In this document: positions 1 to 9,500 of the stretch, one piece after another | How the letters are laid out: each line of letters begins with the position of its first letter | Position numbering within the stretch: the stretch's first letter is position 1 | Source: Myxococcota bacterium | GTDB taxonomy: Bacteria; Myxococcota; XYA12-FULL-58-9; JALHOP01 | Length of the DNA: 30,715 nucleotides | Assembly: GCA_041288095.1 (NCBI GenBank) | Contig: JBGGMJ010000021.1 | Coordinates: 1 to 30,715 of the forward strand | Reading direction: 5' to 3' | Notes under the pieces: model-generated | What the model was told of the DNA's origin: nothing | Databases searched by the model: none | The model's input: the letters and a program-made list of their open reading frames with translations, nothing else | Program-made: the position numbers and the translations under genes

Positions 1-900
1 GATCACCGTCGACGTACGCGGCGAGATGCTCGAGCTGAAGGACACCATCAACACGATGGTCGACCAGCTGCGTTCGTTCGCGGCGGAGGTCACCAGCGTC
101 GCCCGTGAGGTCGGTACCGACGGAAAGCTCGGCGGCCAAGCCATGGTCCGCGACGTCGGCGGCGTGTGGAAAGACCTCACCGACAACGTCAACTTCATGG
201 CCGGTAACCTCACCAGTCAGGTCCGCAATATCGCACAGGTGACCACGGCGGTCGCGAACGGCGACCTGTCGAAGAAGATCACCGTCGACGTACGCGGCGA
301 GATGCTCGAGCTCAAGAGCACCATCAACGTCATGGTCGACCAGCTCAATTCGTTCGCGAGTGAAGTTACCCGTGTCGCCCGCGAGGTCGGCACCGAAGGA
401 AAGCTCGGTGGCCAAGCGGATGTGCGCGGCGTCGGTGGCGTCTGGAAGGACCTGACCGACAACGTCAACTTCATGGCCGGTAACCTCACGAACCAAGTCC
501 GCGGTATCGCCAAGGTAGTGACCGCTATCGCGAACGGCGACCTCCGCCAGAAGTTCTCGATGGAAGCCAAGGGCGAAATCGCCGCCCTCGCCGGCACCAT
601 CAACAGCATGATCGATACGCTCGCGACCTTCGCCGATCAGGTCACCACGGTGGCGCGCGAGGTCGGTGTCGAAGGAAAGCTGGGCGGACAAGCGAACGTC
701 CCCGGCGCCGCCGGTACGTGGAAAGACCTCACCGAAAACGTCAACCGCCTGGCGGCGAACCTGACGACGCAAGTGCGCGCCATCGGTGAAGTCGCGACCG
801 CCGTTACCAAGGGTGACCTCACCCGCTCCATCAAGGTCGACGCGCAAGGCGAGCTCGCGGCTCTCAAAGACAACGTCAATGAGATGATCCGCAACCTCAA
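1..900 (+). repeat. Coding tandem repeat with a 276-bp (92-aa) period encoding the poly-HAMP array
   Basis: GATCACCGTCGACGTACGCGGCGAGATGCTCGAGCT occurs at 1 and again at 277; ACCGACAACGTCAACTTCATGGCCGGTAACCTCAC occurs at ~179 and ~455; a more diverged third unit follows. Confidence 0.9.
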
Positions 901-3661
901 GGACACGACGGTCAAGACCAACGAGCAGGACTGGCTGAAGACCAACCTCGCGAAGTTCAGCCGCATGCTCCAAGGCCAGAAGGACCTGCTCACCGTCGGT
1001 AAGCTGATCCTCTCGGAGCTCGCGCCCGTCGTCGGCGCCCAACAAGGCGTCTTCTATATCGTCGAGAGCAGCATGGACACCGCGGAGAGCCAGCTGCGCT
1101 TGCTCGCGAGCTACGCCTACCGTTCGCGCAAGAACGTCGACAACGTGTTCAAGCTCGGCGAAGGCCTGGTCGGTCAGTGCGCCTTGGAGAAGGAGAAGAT
1201 CCTCCTCGCCAACGTACCGAACGACTACATCACCGTGTCGAGCGGTCTCGGTGAGTCCGCTCCGGCGAACATCATCGTGCTCCCCGTGCTCTTCGAGTCG
1301 AACGTCAAAGCGGTCATCGAGCTGGCCTCGTTCGAGCGCTTCAGCGTCACCCACTTGGCGTTCCTCGATCAGCTCACCGAGTCGATCGGTATCGTCTTGA
1401 ACACCATCGAAGCGAATATGCGTACGGAAGACCTGCTCAAGCAGTCGCAGTCTCTCGCGCGCGAGCTGCAGTCGCAGCAGATGGAGCTCCAGTCGACGAA
1501 TACGCAGCTCGAGGAGAAAGCAAAGCTGCTCGCCGATCAGAACGCCGAGGTCGAGCGCAAGAACACAGAGGTCGAGCAAGCCCGTCAGGCGCTCGAAGAG
1601 AAGGCGACGCAGCTCGCCCTCACCTCGAAGTACAAGTCCGAGTTCTTGGCGAACATGTCGCACGAGCTGCGCACGCCGCTGAACTCGCTGCTCATCTTGA
1701 GCGACCATCTCTCGAAGAACAACGAGAAGAACCTCACCGAGCGCCAGATGGAGTTCCTCAAGACCATCCACGGCTCGGGTACCGACCTGCTCTCGCTCAT
1801 CAACGACATCCTCGACCTCTCGAAGATCGAGTCGGGTACCGTCGTCGTCGATGTCGGCGATATCGCGATGGTCGATCTCATGGACTACGTCGACCGCACG
1901 TTCCGCCACGTGGCCGACAGCAAGAAGCTGTCGTTCGAGATCGAGCGCGATCTCACGATGCCGAAGATCGTGCAGACCGACGCCAAGCGCCTGCAACAGG
2001 TCTTGAAGAACCTGCTGTCGAACGCCTTCAAGTTCACCGAGCGTGGCCGCGTCAGCTTCAGCGTCAAAGAGGTGAAGGCTGGCTGGTCGACCGAGAACGA
2101 GGCACTCAACAAGGCGAAGGCCGTCGTCGCCTTCAAGGTCTCGGACACGGGCATTGGTATCCCCAACGAGAAGCAGCAGATCATCTTCGAGGCGTTCCAG
2201 CAGGCCGATGGCTCGACCAGCCGCAAGTACGGCGGTACGGGCCTCGGGCTCGCGATCAGTCGCGAGCTGGCGCGCTTGCTCGGCGGCGAAATCCGCCTGC
2301 ACTCGACGCCGGATGTCGGCAGTGAGTTCACGCTGTTCCTGCCGGCCACGTTCATCCAGCAACGGCCGACGCGCAAAACGCTGGAGATCCCGCGCGAAGG
2401 CGGGGCACAGCCGTTGGCGCTACGCGATCCAGAGATGCCGATGCAGCTCATCGAGACCGGGGCGATCGACCCGGCCGATCAGATGGGAGACCGGTCGTTG
2501 CTCATCGTCGAGAACGACGCGAGCTTCGCCAACTATCTGCGCGAAGCAGCGCGCGAGCGCGGCTTCCGTACCCGCGTGGCGCCCCGGGGCGCGCTGGCGG
2601 TGGCCATGGCGCACGACAACCCGCCGGACGCCATCACGCTGGATATCAACCTGGCCGACATGGACGGCTGGCGCGTGCTCGAGCGCTTGAAGAGTCATCC
2701 CGACACGCGTCACATCCCCGTGCACATCATCTCCACCGAGGACGAGCGCGAGCGCGGTCTACGGCTCGGCGCCACCGGGGTCCTAGTGAAGCCGGTCCGC
2801 GAGCGCGCAGTGCTCGACGAGGTTCTCGGCCGCCTCAAGGGAGCGACCGAGCCACATCCTCGCCGTGTGGTGGTGCTGGGAGACGGCGACGCGAAGGTGA
2901 CCCATGCCATCGAGGAGGCCTGTGGTCAGAACATTGGCGTGATCGCCGCGGGTCACGAGCAAGCCCTCGATGTCTTGCACGCCGCCGCCACTGACCTTGT
3001 GGTCGTCGCCAATCTGCACGGTGACGCGGCCGAGCTCGAGCTCGTCGCTCGCATGCGCGCCGATCAAGATCTCGCCGACGTGCCGGTGGTCGCGTACGTG
3101 GACGGGAACCTGACGCGCAAGGGCGAAGGTTACGTGAAGCGCCTCAAGGAAACCGCCATCGTTCGCGAAGCGCGCTCGCTCGAGCGCCTCATCGACGAGA
3201 GCGTGTTGTTCTTGCACCTGCGCCACACGGAGCTACCGGACGAGACGCGCAAGATGCTCGACGCCATGCGCAACTCGCGCACCGTCCTCTCCGGCAAGAA
3301 GGTGCTCATCGTCGACGACGACGTGCGCAACATCTTCGCCCTCGGCACGGTTCTCGAGCCGCACGGCATGGCGCTCAAGGCGGCGGAGAATGGCCGGCAG
3401 GCAATCGAGATCCTGCAGAACGAGCGCGACTTCGACGCCGTTCTCATGGACATTATGATGCCGGAGATGGACGGATACGATACGATGCGGGCGATAAGAA
3501 AGATTGGTCGGTTGCGGTCACTGCCGATCATCGCCCTCACCGCGAAAGCCATGAAGGGAGATCGTGAGAAGTGCCTCGAGGCCGGAGCTTCGGACTACGT
3601 CTCGAAGCCCGTCGATACCGACCAGTTGCTCGGCGTCTTGCGAGCCTGGTTGTACCGTTAA
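2..3661 (+). CDS. Poly-HAMP hybrid sensor histidine kinase (HAMP repeats-GAF-coiled coil-HisKA-HATPase-3 receiver domains), 5'-truncated by the window edge; OsaA/Nik1-like architecture
   Basis: Frame is open from position 2 ([10 protein letters not shown]...). 92-aa tandem HAMP units ([13 protein letters not shown]...WKDLTDNVN), GAF (GEGLVGQCA), H-box [13 protein letters not shown]-box [11 protein letters not shown]1 DTGIG, G2 GGTGLGL, terminal receiver (LIVDDD/LMDIMMP/SKP). Confidence 0.95.
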   Translation: MTVDVRGEMLELKDTINTMVDQLRSFAAEVTSVAREVGTDGKLGGQAMVRDVGGVWKDLTDNVNFMAGNLTSQVRNIAQVTTAVANGDLSKKITVDVRGEMLELKSTINVMVDQLNSFASEVTRVAREVGTEGKLGGQADVRGVGGVWKDLTDNVNFMAGNLTNQVRGIAKVVTAIANGDLRQKFSMEAKGEIAALAGTINSMIDTLATFADQVTTVAREVGVEGKLGGQANVPGAAGTWKDLTENVNRLAANLTTQVRAIGEVATAVTKGDLTRSIKVDAQGELAALKDNVNEMIRNLKDTTVKTNEQDWLKTNLAKFSRMLQGQKDLLTVGKLILSELAPVVGAQQGVFYIVESSMDTAESQLRLLASYAYRSRKNVDNVFKLGEGLVGQCALEKEKILLANVPNDYITVSSGLGESAPANIIVLPVLFESNVKAVIELASFERFSVTHLAFLDQLTESIGIVLNTIEANMRTEDLLKQSQSLARELQSQQMELQSTNTQLEEKAKLLADQNAEVERKNTEVEQARQALEEKATQLALTSKYKSEFLANMSHELRTPLNSLLILSDHLSKNNEKNLTERQMEFLKTIHGSGTDLLSLINDILDLSKIESGTVVVDVGDIAMVDLMDYVDRTFRHVADSKKLSFEIERDLTMPKIVQTDAKRLQQVLKNLLSNAFKFTERGRVSFSVKEVKAGWSTENEALNKAKAVVAFKVSDTGIGIPNEKQQIIFEAFQQADGSTSRKYGGTGLGLAISRELARLLGGEIRLHSTPDVGSEFTLFLPATFIQQRPTRKTLEIPREGGAQPLALRDPEMPMQLIETGAIDPADQMGDRSLLIVENDASFANYLREAARERGFRTRVAPRGALAVAMAHDNPPDAITLDINLADMDGWRVLERLKSHPDTRHIPVHIISTEDERERGLRLGATGVLVKPVRERAVLDEVLGRLKGATEPHPRRVVVLGDGDAKVTHAIEEACGQNIGVIAAGHEQALDVLHAAATDLVVVANLHGDAAELELVARMRADQDLADVPVVAYVDGNLTRKGEGYVKRLKETAIVREARSLERLIDESVLFLHLRHTELPDETRKMLDAMRNSRTVLSGKKVLIVDDDVRNIFALGTVLEPHGMALKAAENGRQAIEILQNERDFDAVLMDIMMPEMDGYDTMRAIRKIGRLRSLPIIALTAKAMKGDREKCLEAGASDYVSKPVDTDQLLGVLRAWLYR

Positions 3662-3670
3662 AGGTCTCGT

Positions 3671-5797
3671 ATGGGAGAACCCGAGGACGACATGGCCAAC
3701 GACGAAAGCGCGAGCATCCTGCTCGTCGACGACAGTCCGGAGAAGCTGCTCGCGCTCGAGACCGTGCTCGAGAGCCTGGGCCAACGCTTGGTCCGCGCCA
3801 GCTCCGGCCGTGAGGCGTTGCGCTGCCTGATGGGCGGCGAGTTCGCGGTCATCATCCTCGACATCAACATGCCGGGCATGGACGGCTTCGAAACCGCCGA
3901 GCTCATCCGTCAGCGCAAGAGCTTCGACCAGACGCCGATCATCTTCGTGACCGCGTTCGCCGACGAAATGCACGCGGCGCACGGCTACGAGCTCGGCGCC
4001 GTGGACTTCATCGTCCAGCCCGTGATCCCCGACGTGTTACGCACCAAGGTCGGTGTCTTCGTCGACCTGTTCCGCAAGAATCGCCAGGTGCGCCGTCAAG
4101 CCGAGTCGCTCGAACGGCGCGCGACGCAGCTCCACAAGCTCGCGGCCGCCTCGCTCGCCATCAACCGCTCGTTGACGCTCGAGCAGACACTCACGGTCGT
4201 CGCCGACGCCGCGCGAGAGATCGTCGGCACCGAGATCGCGGTCGCGCAGGTGTCCGCCGACTTGAAGCTCGAGTCGGTCAACGAGGTCGTGTCGCTCGCC
4301 GACGACGGCCGGCACATCGATCCCGAGCGCTGGAACGAAGCATTCGCGAGCCTGTCGCGCAGCGTTCGTGACCTCAACAAGCCACGGCGGATGTCTTCCG
4401 ACGAGCTCGAAGCGCACCTCGCCACCGAAGCGCCCGGGGCCGTCGGCTTTGCCACTGGTGGATGGCTCGCGGCACCCTTCACCAGCCGCGATGGCCGAAA
4501 CATCGGTGTCCTTCACGTCGTGCACAAGCACCAGGGGCCGCTCGTCGATGACGACGAAGCGCTGCTCGTGCAGCTCGCGCAGTTCGCTTCGATCACCGTC
4601 GAGAACTCGCTGCTTACCCGCGAGTCCGAGGTCAACCGCATCAAGGACGAGTTCCTGGCCACCCTCTCGCACGAGCTGCGCACTCCGCTCACCGCGATCA
4701 TGGGTTGGACGCAGCTCCTCCGCGAGCCGCAGGTCGCGACGCAGAAGCTCGGCCACGGCCTCGACGTCATCGACCGCAACACGCGCGCTCAAACCAAGCT
4801 GATCGATGACCTGCTCGACGTGTCACGCATCCGCACCGGCAAGCTGACGATCCAACGCGAGGCGCTGGCCCTGCCGGCCCTGGTCCAGAGCGCCGTCGAA
4901 GCCGCTCGCCCCGCCGTCGCCGGACGCTCGCAGACCTTGAGCCTCGACATCGAGCACGAGGGCCTGTCGGTGTACGCTGACGCGGACCGCTTGCAGCAGG
5001 CGATCGGCAACCTGATTTCGAACGCCATGAAGTTCACCCCCACCGGCGGCCGCATCATGGTGGGCGTGCGCCGGGTCGGCGCCGCGGTACAGCTCTCCGT
5101 GACCGACACGGGCGCCGGCATCACCCGATCCTTCTTGCCTTACGTCTTCGACCGCTTCAGCCAGGCCGACAGCTCGAGCACGCGCGCGCACGGCGGCTTG
5201 GGCTTGGGTCTCACCATCGTCCGCCACATCGTCGAGCTCCATGGTGGCCAAGTGGCGGCCGAGAGCGCCGGCCAGGGGCTTGGCTCGACCTTCACCCTTA
5301 CCTTGCCGATCCTCGAGGTCGGGGGTCGCTCCGAGCGCGAAACGCGGCGCGCGGTCCAAGAGGGCGCGGTCGACCGCGAGACGCTCCAAGGTGTGAGCGT
5401 CCTCGTGGTCGAAGACGAAGTCGACAGCCGCGAGCTCATCACCGCGGTCATCGAGCGCGCCGGCGCCAACGTCACCGCCTGCGGCTCCGTCCCGGAAGCC
5501 TTCCAGTCACTCGAGGGCGGTCTGCCGACGGTCATCGTCAGCGACATCGCCATGCCGGGCTACGACGGGCTCACCTTCATCAAGCGCTTACGCGCACGCC
5601 CGCCCCAGCAAGGCGGTAATGTGCCTGCTATCGCGCTCACCGCCTATGCACGTGAAGAAGATCGCCAGGCGGCCCTCGCCGCCGGCTTCCATCGTCACAT
5701 GTCGAAACCGGTCGAGCCGGCTCGCCTCGTATTCGCCATCGCGGAGCTGGCAAACGGCGGGCCAGGCTTCGAGATCGTGACCTCCTCCGGCGGCTAA
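3671..5797 (+). CDS. Hybrid sensor kinase/response regulator (REC-GAF-HisKA-HATPase-REC)
   Basis: N-terminal receiver (LLVDD, ILDINMPGMDG, LRTKVGVFVDL), GAF-like segment (WLAAPF...IGVLHV), H-box FLATLSHELRTP, NLISNAMKFT, DTGAG, GGLGLGL, C-terminal receiver (VVEDE, SDIAMP, SKP). Alternative start at 3692. Confidence 0.93.
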   Translation: MGEPEDDMANDESASILLVDDSPEKLLALETVLESLGQRLVRASSGREALRCLMGGEFAVIILDINMPGMDGFETAELIRQRKSFDQTPIIFVTAFADEMHAAHGYELGAVDFIVQPVIPDVLRTKVGVFVDLFRKNRQVRRQAESLERRATQLHKLAAASLAINRSLTLEQTLTVVADAAREIVGTEIAVAQVSADLKLESVNEVVSLADDGRHIDPERWNEAFASLSRSVRDLNKPRRMSSDELEAHLATEAPGAVGFATGGWLAAPFTSRDGRNIGVLHVVHKHQGPLVDDDEALLVQLAQFASITVENSLLTRESEVNRIKDEFLATLSHELRTPLTAIMGWTQLLREPQVATQKLGHGLDVIDRNTRAQTKLIDDLLDVSRIRTGKLTIQREALALPALVQSAVEAARPAVAGRSQTLSLDIEHEGLSVYADADRLQQAIGNLISNAMKFTPTGGRIMVGVRRVGAAVQLSVTDTGAGITRSFLPYVFDRFSQADSSSTRAHGGLGLGLTIVRHIVELHGGQVAAESAGQGLGSTFTLTLPILEVGGRSERETRRAVQEGAVDRETLQGVSVLVVEDEVDSRELITAVIERAGANVTACGSVPEAFQSLEGGLPTVIVSDIAMPGYDGLTFIKRLRARPPQQGGNVPAIALTAYAREEDRQAALAAGFHRHMSKPVEPARLVFAIAELANGGPGFEIVTSSGG

Positions 5798-5886
5798 GTC
5801 GGCGCCGACGCACCGGAAATTCTTGATAACCATGGTGGATGTTGGCCGCGTAGGTGTGTAGTCCGCGTACATCCGAGGGTTCCACC

Positions 5887-6090
5887 ATGACCGCTCAGAT
5901 TACCGGGGGCGTCTCCGCGCCGAAGGCGGGAGCCCCTGTTTCGAACGTCGAAAAAGTGCTTGGCGGCGCCGTCGCGTCAGCAATGGCCGCGTTTCCGGCG
6001 CACTTCGGAGGCCTCGGGAACGCGGTCGCCGCGGCTTGCTGCGAGGTCAACCGCATTCTCGCGGGCGGCTCAGGAGGGAATCGCTCCTGA
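5887..6090 (+). CDS. Small Ala/Gly-rich hypothetical protein (67 aa)
   Basis: GAGGG Shine-Dalgarno at 5875-5879 before ATG 5887. Stop TGA overlaps the probable start of the next gene. No recognised family. Confidence 0.55.
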   Translation: MTAQITGGVSAPKAGAPVSNVEKVLGGAVASAMAAFPAHFGGLGNAVAAACCEVNRILAGGSGGNRS

Positions 6091-6557
6091 ACACAGCTCA
6101 GACCCAGAGCCACAGTCTCGAGCTGCAGGCGATCTTCCTGCAGCGCGGCTCGGATGGACGGCGCCGCTTCACGAACGCGGAGATCCGCCATTTCATGCCC
6201 ATGGCGGTGCTCTGCACGCGCGTCAACCTCAAGCAGTTTCCGGCGCTCAAGCCGATCATGGCGGAGTTCATCCAGCGCTTGGTGCTACCACGGGTGCTCA
6301 CGTCCGAGGCGTTCGCGCGCGCCGTGCACGCGCACTATCGTGCCCATCCGCCAAACCGGGAGCTCGAGCGCCAGTTCTTCGCCTATTGCCGCGAGCACAC
6401 CGTCGCCAAGGGCGAGCTCGATCCCAAACAAGTCGCGAAATACGTCAAGGCGGCCGCGGCCGTCGCCAAGAAGCCGGCGCCTCAGGCGGCCATGGCCCCG
6501 CCCAAGCAGGGCGGCTTGTGGAGCACCATCCGCAACATCGCGCGCAACATGGGCTGA
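6087..6557 (+). CDS. Hypothetical protein (~156 aa) with a C-terminal amphipathic helix; start uncertain (CTG 6087 proposed, TTG 6036 or ATG 6195 possible)
   Basis: Protein-like ORF with GC3-rich codons. GGAGGG at 6073-6078 lies 8 nt before in-frame CTG 6087. Confidence 0.7.
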   Translation: MNTAQTQSHSLELQAIFLQRGSDGRRRFTNAEIRHFMPMAVLCTRVNLKQFPALKPIMAEFIQRLVLPRVLTSEAFARAVHAHYRAHPPNRELERQFFAYCREHTVAKGELDPKQVAKYVKAAAAVAKKPAPQAAMAPPKQGGLWSTIRNIARNMG

Positions 6558-6563
6558 TCGCCA

Positions 6564-6577
6564 TCCGCTAATGCGGA
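6564..6577. terminator. Small hairpin between convergent stop codons, possible weak terminator
   Basis: TCCGC-TAAT-GCGGA (5-bp stem) with no U-tract, in the 20-bp gap between the stops at 6557 and 6578. Confidence 0.25.
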
Positions 6578-9500
6578 CTAGCGTTGCTGATCGCGCTCGA
6601 CCAGCAACGGGAGGCCGGTGGCGATGAACGGCAGCAGCAAGCGCATGCGTTCGCGCCCTTGCGGCGTCGCCGCCGCGTCGGGCGGGAAGGCCGAATCCAG
6701 CACGCGCCGCATGTACGCGATGTCCCCGCCGGACCGTCCCGCGGCCCACTCTTCCATGGCCACCGCGAAGAGCTCCGCCGGATTACGATCGCCGTAGTTA
6801 TGATTGGTGCCGTGGCGCGTGCGGTACACGTGAAGATCGAGCATGCGCGCTTGCATCAGCAGCGCGTGCAAGCGTGGGTCGCCGCGCTCGAGGCCGTGGC
6901 CAGCGACCTCGTGCGTCGTCAGGGTGGGGCCATGCTCGGGGCGGATACCCGGATAGTAGGTGAGCACACCGCCGTTGTACCTCCAGGTGCCGGCGATGGA
7001 GTTGTTGGGCTGACTGAAGTCGATGCGGCCGATCTCACCCGCGGCGCGCGCCGGTAGCTGCTTCACCCAGTCGGCGATCTGCTCGTCGGTTGGCAATCGC
7101 GAAGCATCGTGGCCAGAACGCGACGCAATCGGCACCTCGTGCTCGATGTCGCCGATGCGCACGCGCATGGTTCGGCTGCCGTCAGCAGCGGGCGTTCCCA
7201 GCTCCACCGAACTAGGCCGCGGCAAATCCGCGAAAGCACGCGGCTGGCGGTTCGGCACGCGACGCTCGAAGTCGACGCGGACCTCGTCGATGGTGGCCGG
7301 CCGCAACCGTCCAGCGTCCTCCACGAAGATGGCCTGCGCATGGGGGTCGCTGGTGTCGCGATCGGCGGCGTAGGGACGCTCACTGCGCGCCATGATCAAG
7401 CGCGACGCGTCGTCCCCGGTGTAGCGCGCCATCTGCTCGATGAGGCGCACTGGATCGCCACCGGTTCGCGTCCGCAGCTCGTCGAGCAATGGGCCGCGTC
7501 CCGCCCTCACCTCGTTGGCGAGGTCTTGAGCAAAGCGCGCCTCGTCGCCGGCGAGGGTGCGTGCTCGCCGGAGGTCGGCCATGCTATCGACGAGGCGGCG
7601 CGTGGCAACGTCGTCGGCGCGGGGTGAGCGCAGGGCATCGGGCAAGCGCTCCAAGAACTGCTCCCGGGTCTCGGATTGCGACCAAACGCGATAGCTGCGG
7701 CCATCGTGGACGATGATCGTGCCGCCATCGACGTTGGCGCGCGCGGTGACGCCGGGTGGGCCGATGACGACGCGGGGCGGTGACCCCGGCTCGAGCCGCG
7801 CGACCTGATATTCGGTCTGGCCGCCGCTGAGCTGGCGGCGGACCACGCTGGTCACGCGATCGACGCTGCTCACGACCTCGTAGTGGCGGCCACCGGCTAC
7901 GTATGAGGTGATGCCGGTAGGTCCACTCACCGCGCCCTCGGGATGAACTTCGTTCGATCCCGGGCGGATGATGACAGCGTTGCCTTCGACATCCAGCGCG
8001 GCGGCGGCGCCGCGTCCGTTATCGACGATGCGAAAGTGCTCCGGACCGCGCGCCCCTTGCCGGACGTGAAAGTACTGTCCGATCGAGTTGCCTACACCCA
8101 GGATTGGCCGCGGATCGCCGACTGATGACAACGGGCTCATCCGCAGGGCGCCGCCGGCATCAGGGCTCAACACACCCACCGGCAGACCCTCGGTGTTGAA
8201 GGCGATGGCTCGTCCGTTCTCGCGGACAGTCGTGTAGGCGCGGCCTTCCGGGTCCAGCCAGTAGGCGGTGCCGGGATTGCGCGCTGCAAGCAAGGTCTCG
8301 CGCACCGCCGCGTCGGTATCGGCCGGCATGCGGGCCACGTCGACTTCGGTGCGGCTGCGCTCTGGGATGTCGTCGAGGGTGCGTGCCAGCCGCACGGGCT
8401 CGTCGCCGCCGATACGCGCGCGTTCTTGGTTGAAGTCAGTGCGGCGGTAACCGCGCGCGCTGTAGCGCGAGAACGCGGGCACAAAGCCCTGGAGCATCGC
8501 AGGCTCGACGGCTCCAACGGAACGAACGTAGGGGAGGTTCTGCCCCCCCGCGTTGGTACCGACCGCGAGCGTCCGACCCTCGCCGTCGATGTAGAAGCGC
8601 GTGTTGGTTTCCCGCGACTCGCCCATGTGCCGCAGCGCGCGACCAGTCGTGTCGATCATGCCCTGCTCGGTCATCCAGATGGGGCCCTGTGGTGTTTCAT
8701 GCCGGCCCATCGCCGGTACGCCGTTCCAAAACATGTCACGGACGAGCGGGTCGTCGGGATTAAGGCGTACACGATAGCGGAGGACGTCGCCGTCGGTATC
8801 GACGAGACCACGATGGGCCAGGGCGTGCGCATGCGCCACCTCGTCGGGGGTCGCGCCGGCTGGCACACGCACGTCCAGCCTGCGCGCTAGGCCGTTTCCA
8901 GTCACCACGAGCGGCACGCCGTCGGTGTCGCGCGCCACGTAGACGTGGTCGCGCGGGTCGGAACCGTCGTGGATGCGGCTCATGCGCCCGGGCTGGACCT
9001 CGAGGCTCTCCCAGGTGCCGGCGGTTCTGTCATAGCGGACAACGTGCGGTGGCGAGGCGGGGTCGTCGAGGCTTCGCAGGCCGAGGATGGTCTGTCCGCC
9101 AACGGAGGTCTCGTGCATCGCCGCGAAGCGTCGGTCACCCAGGGTGACGGTAGCCGGAGCGTTGCTCTCGGTCTCACCGATGATCAAACGGCCGTTGGGA
9201 CCGTCGATGTCGACGCGCGAGCCGACGGGCCCGTGGCCGCGCTGGGGCATGCTGTCGCGCCCCACAGCGAGGGGCACGTGGTTTTGGTCGGTGGCGAGGC
9301 CGTCGCGCAGGCGCGCCATGACGTCGCCGGGGCGAGCGCTATAACGCGAGATCAAGTGGTTAGTGCCGCCGAACATGGCGACCATGAGACCGGCCTGACC
9401 GAGGTGCGACAGCACCCGCTGGCGCTCCCGCGACTTCTCGGCGGAGCTGCGGTTGGATGCCTCGATCTCGTAGAGTTGCTGCGCCACCGGGGCAGCGATC

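Noticed and set aside
1-900. Direct repeats as CRISPR or mobile-element ends
   Set aside because: In-frame 276-bp coding repeats of HAMP domains, with no unique spacers or cas genes.
5798-5809. Perfect palindrome GTCGGCGCCGAC after the kinase stop
   Set aside because: Short, GC-rich and without a U-tract; likely chance.
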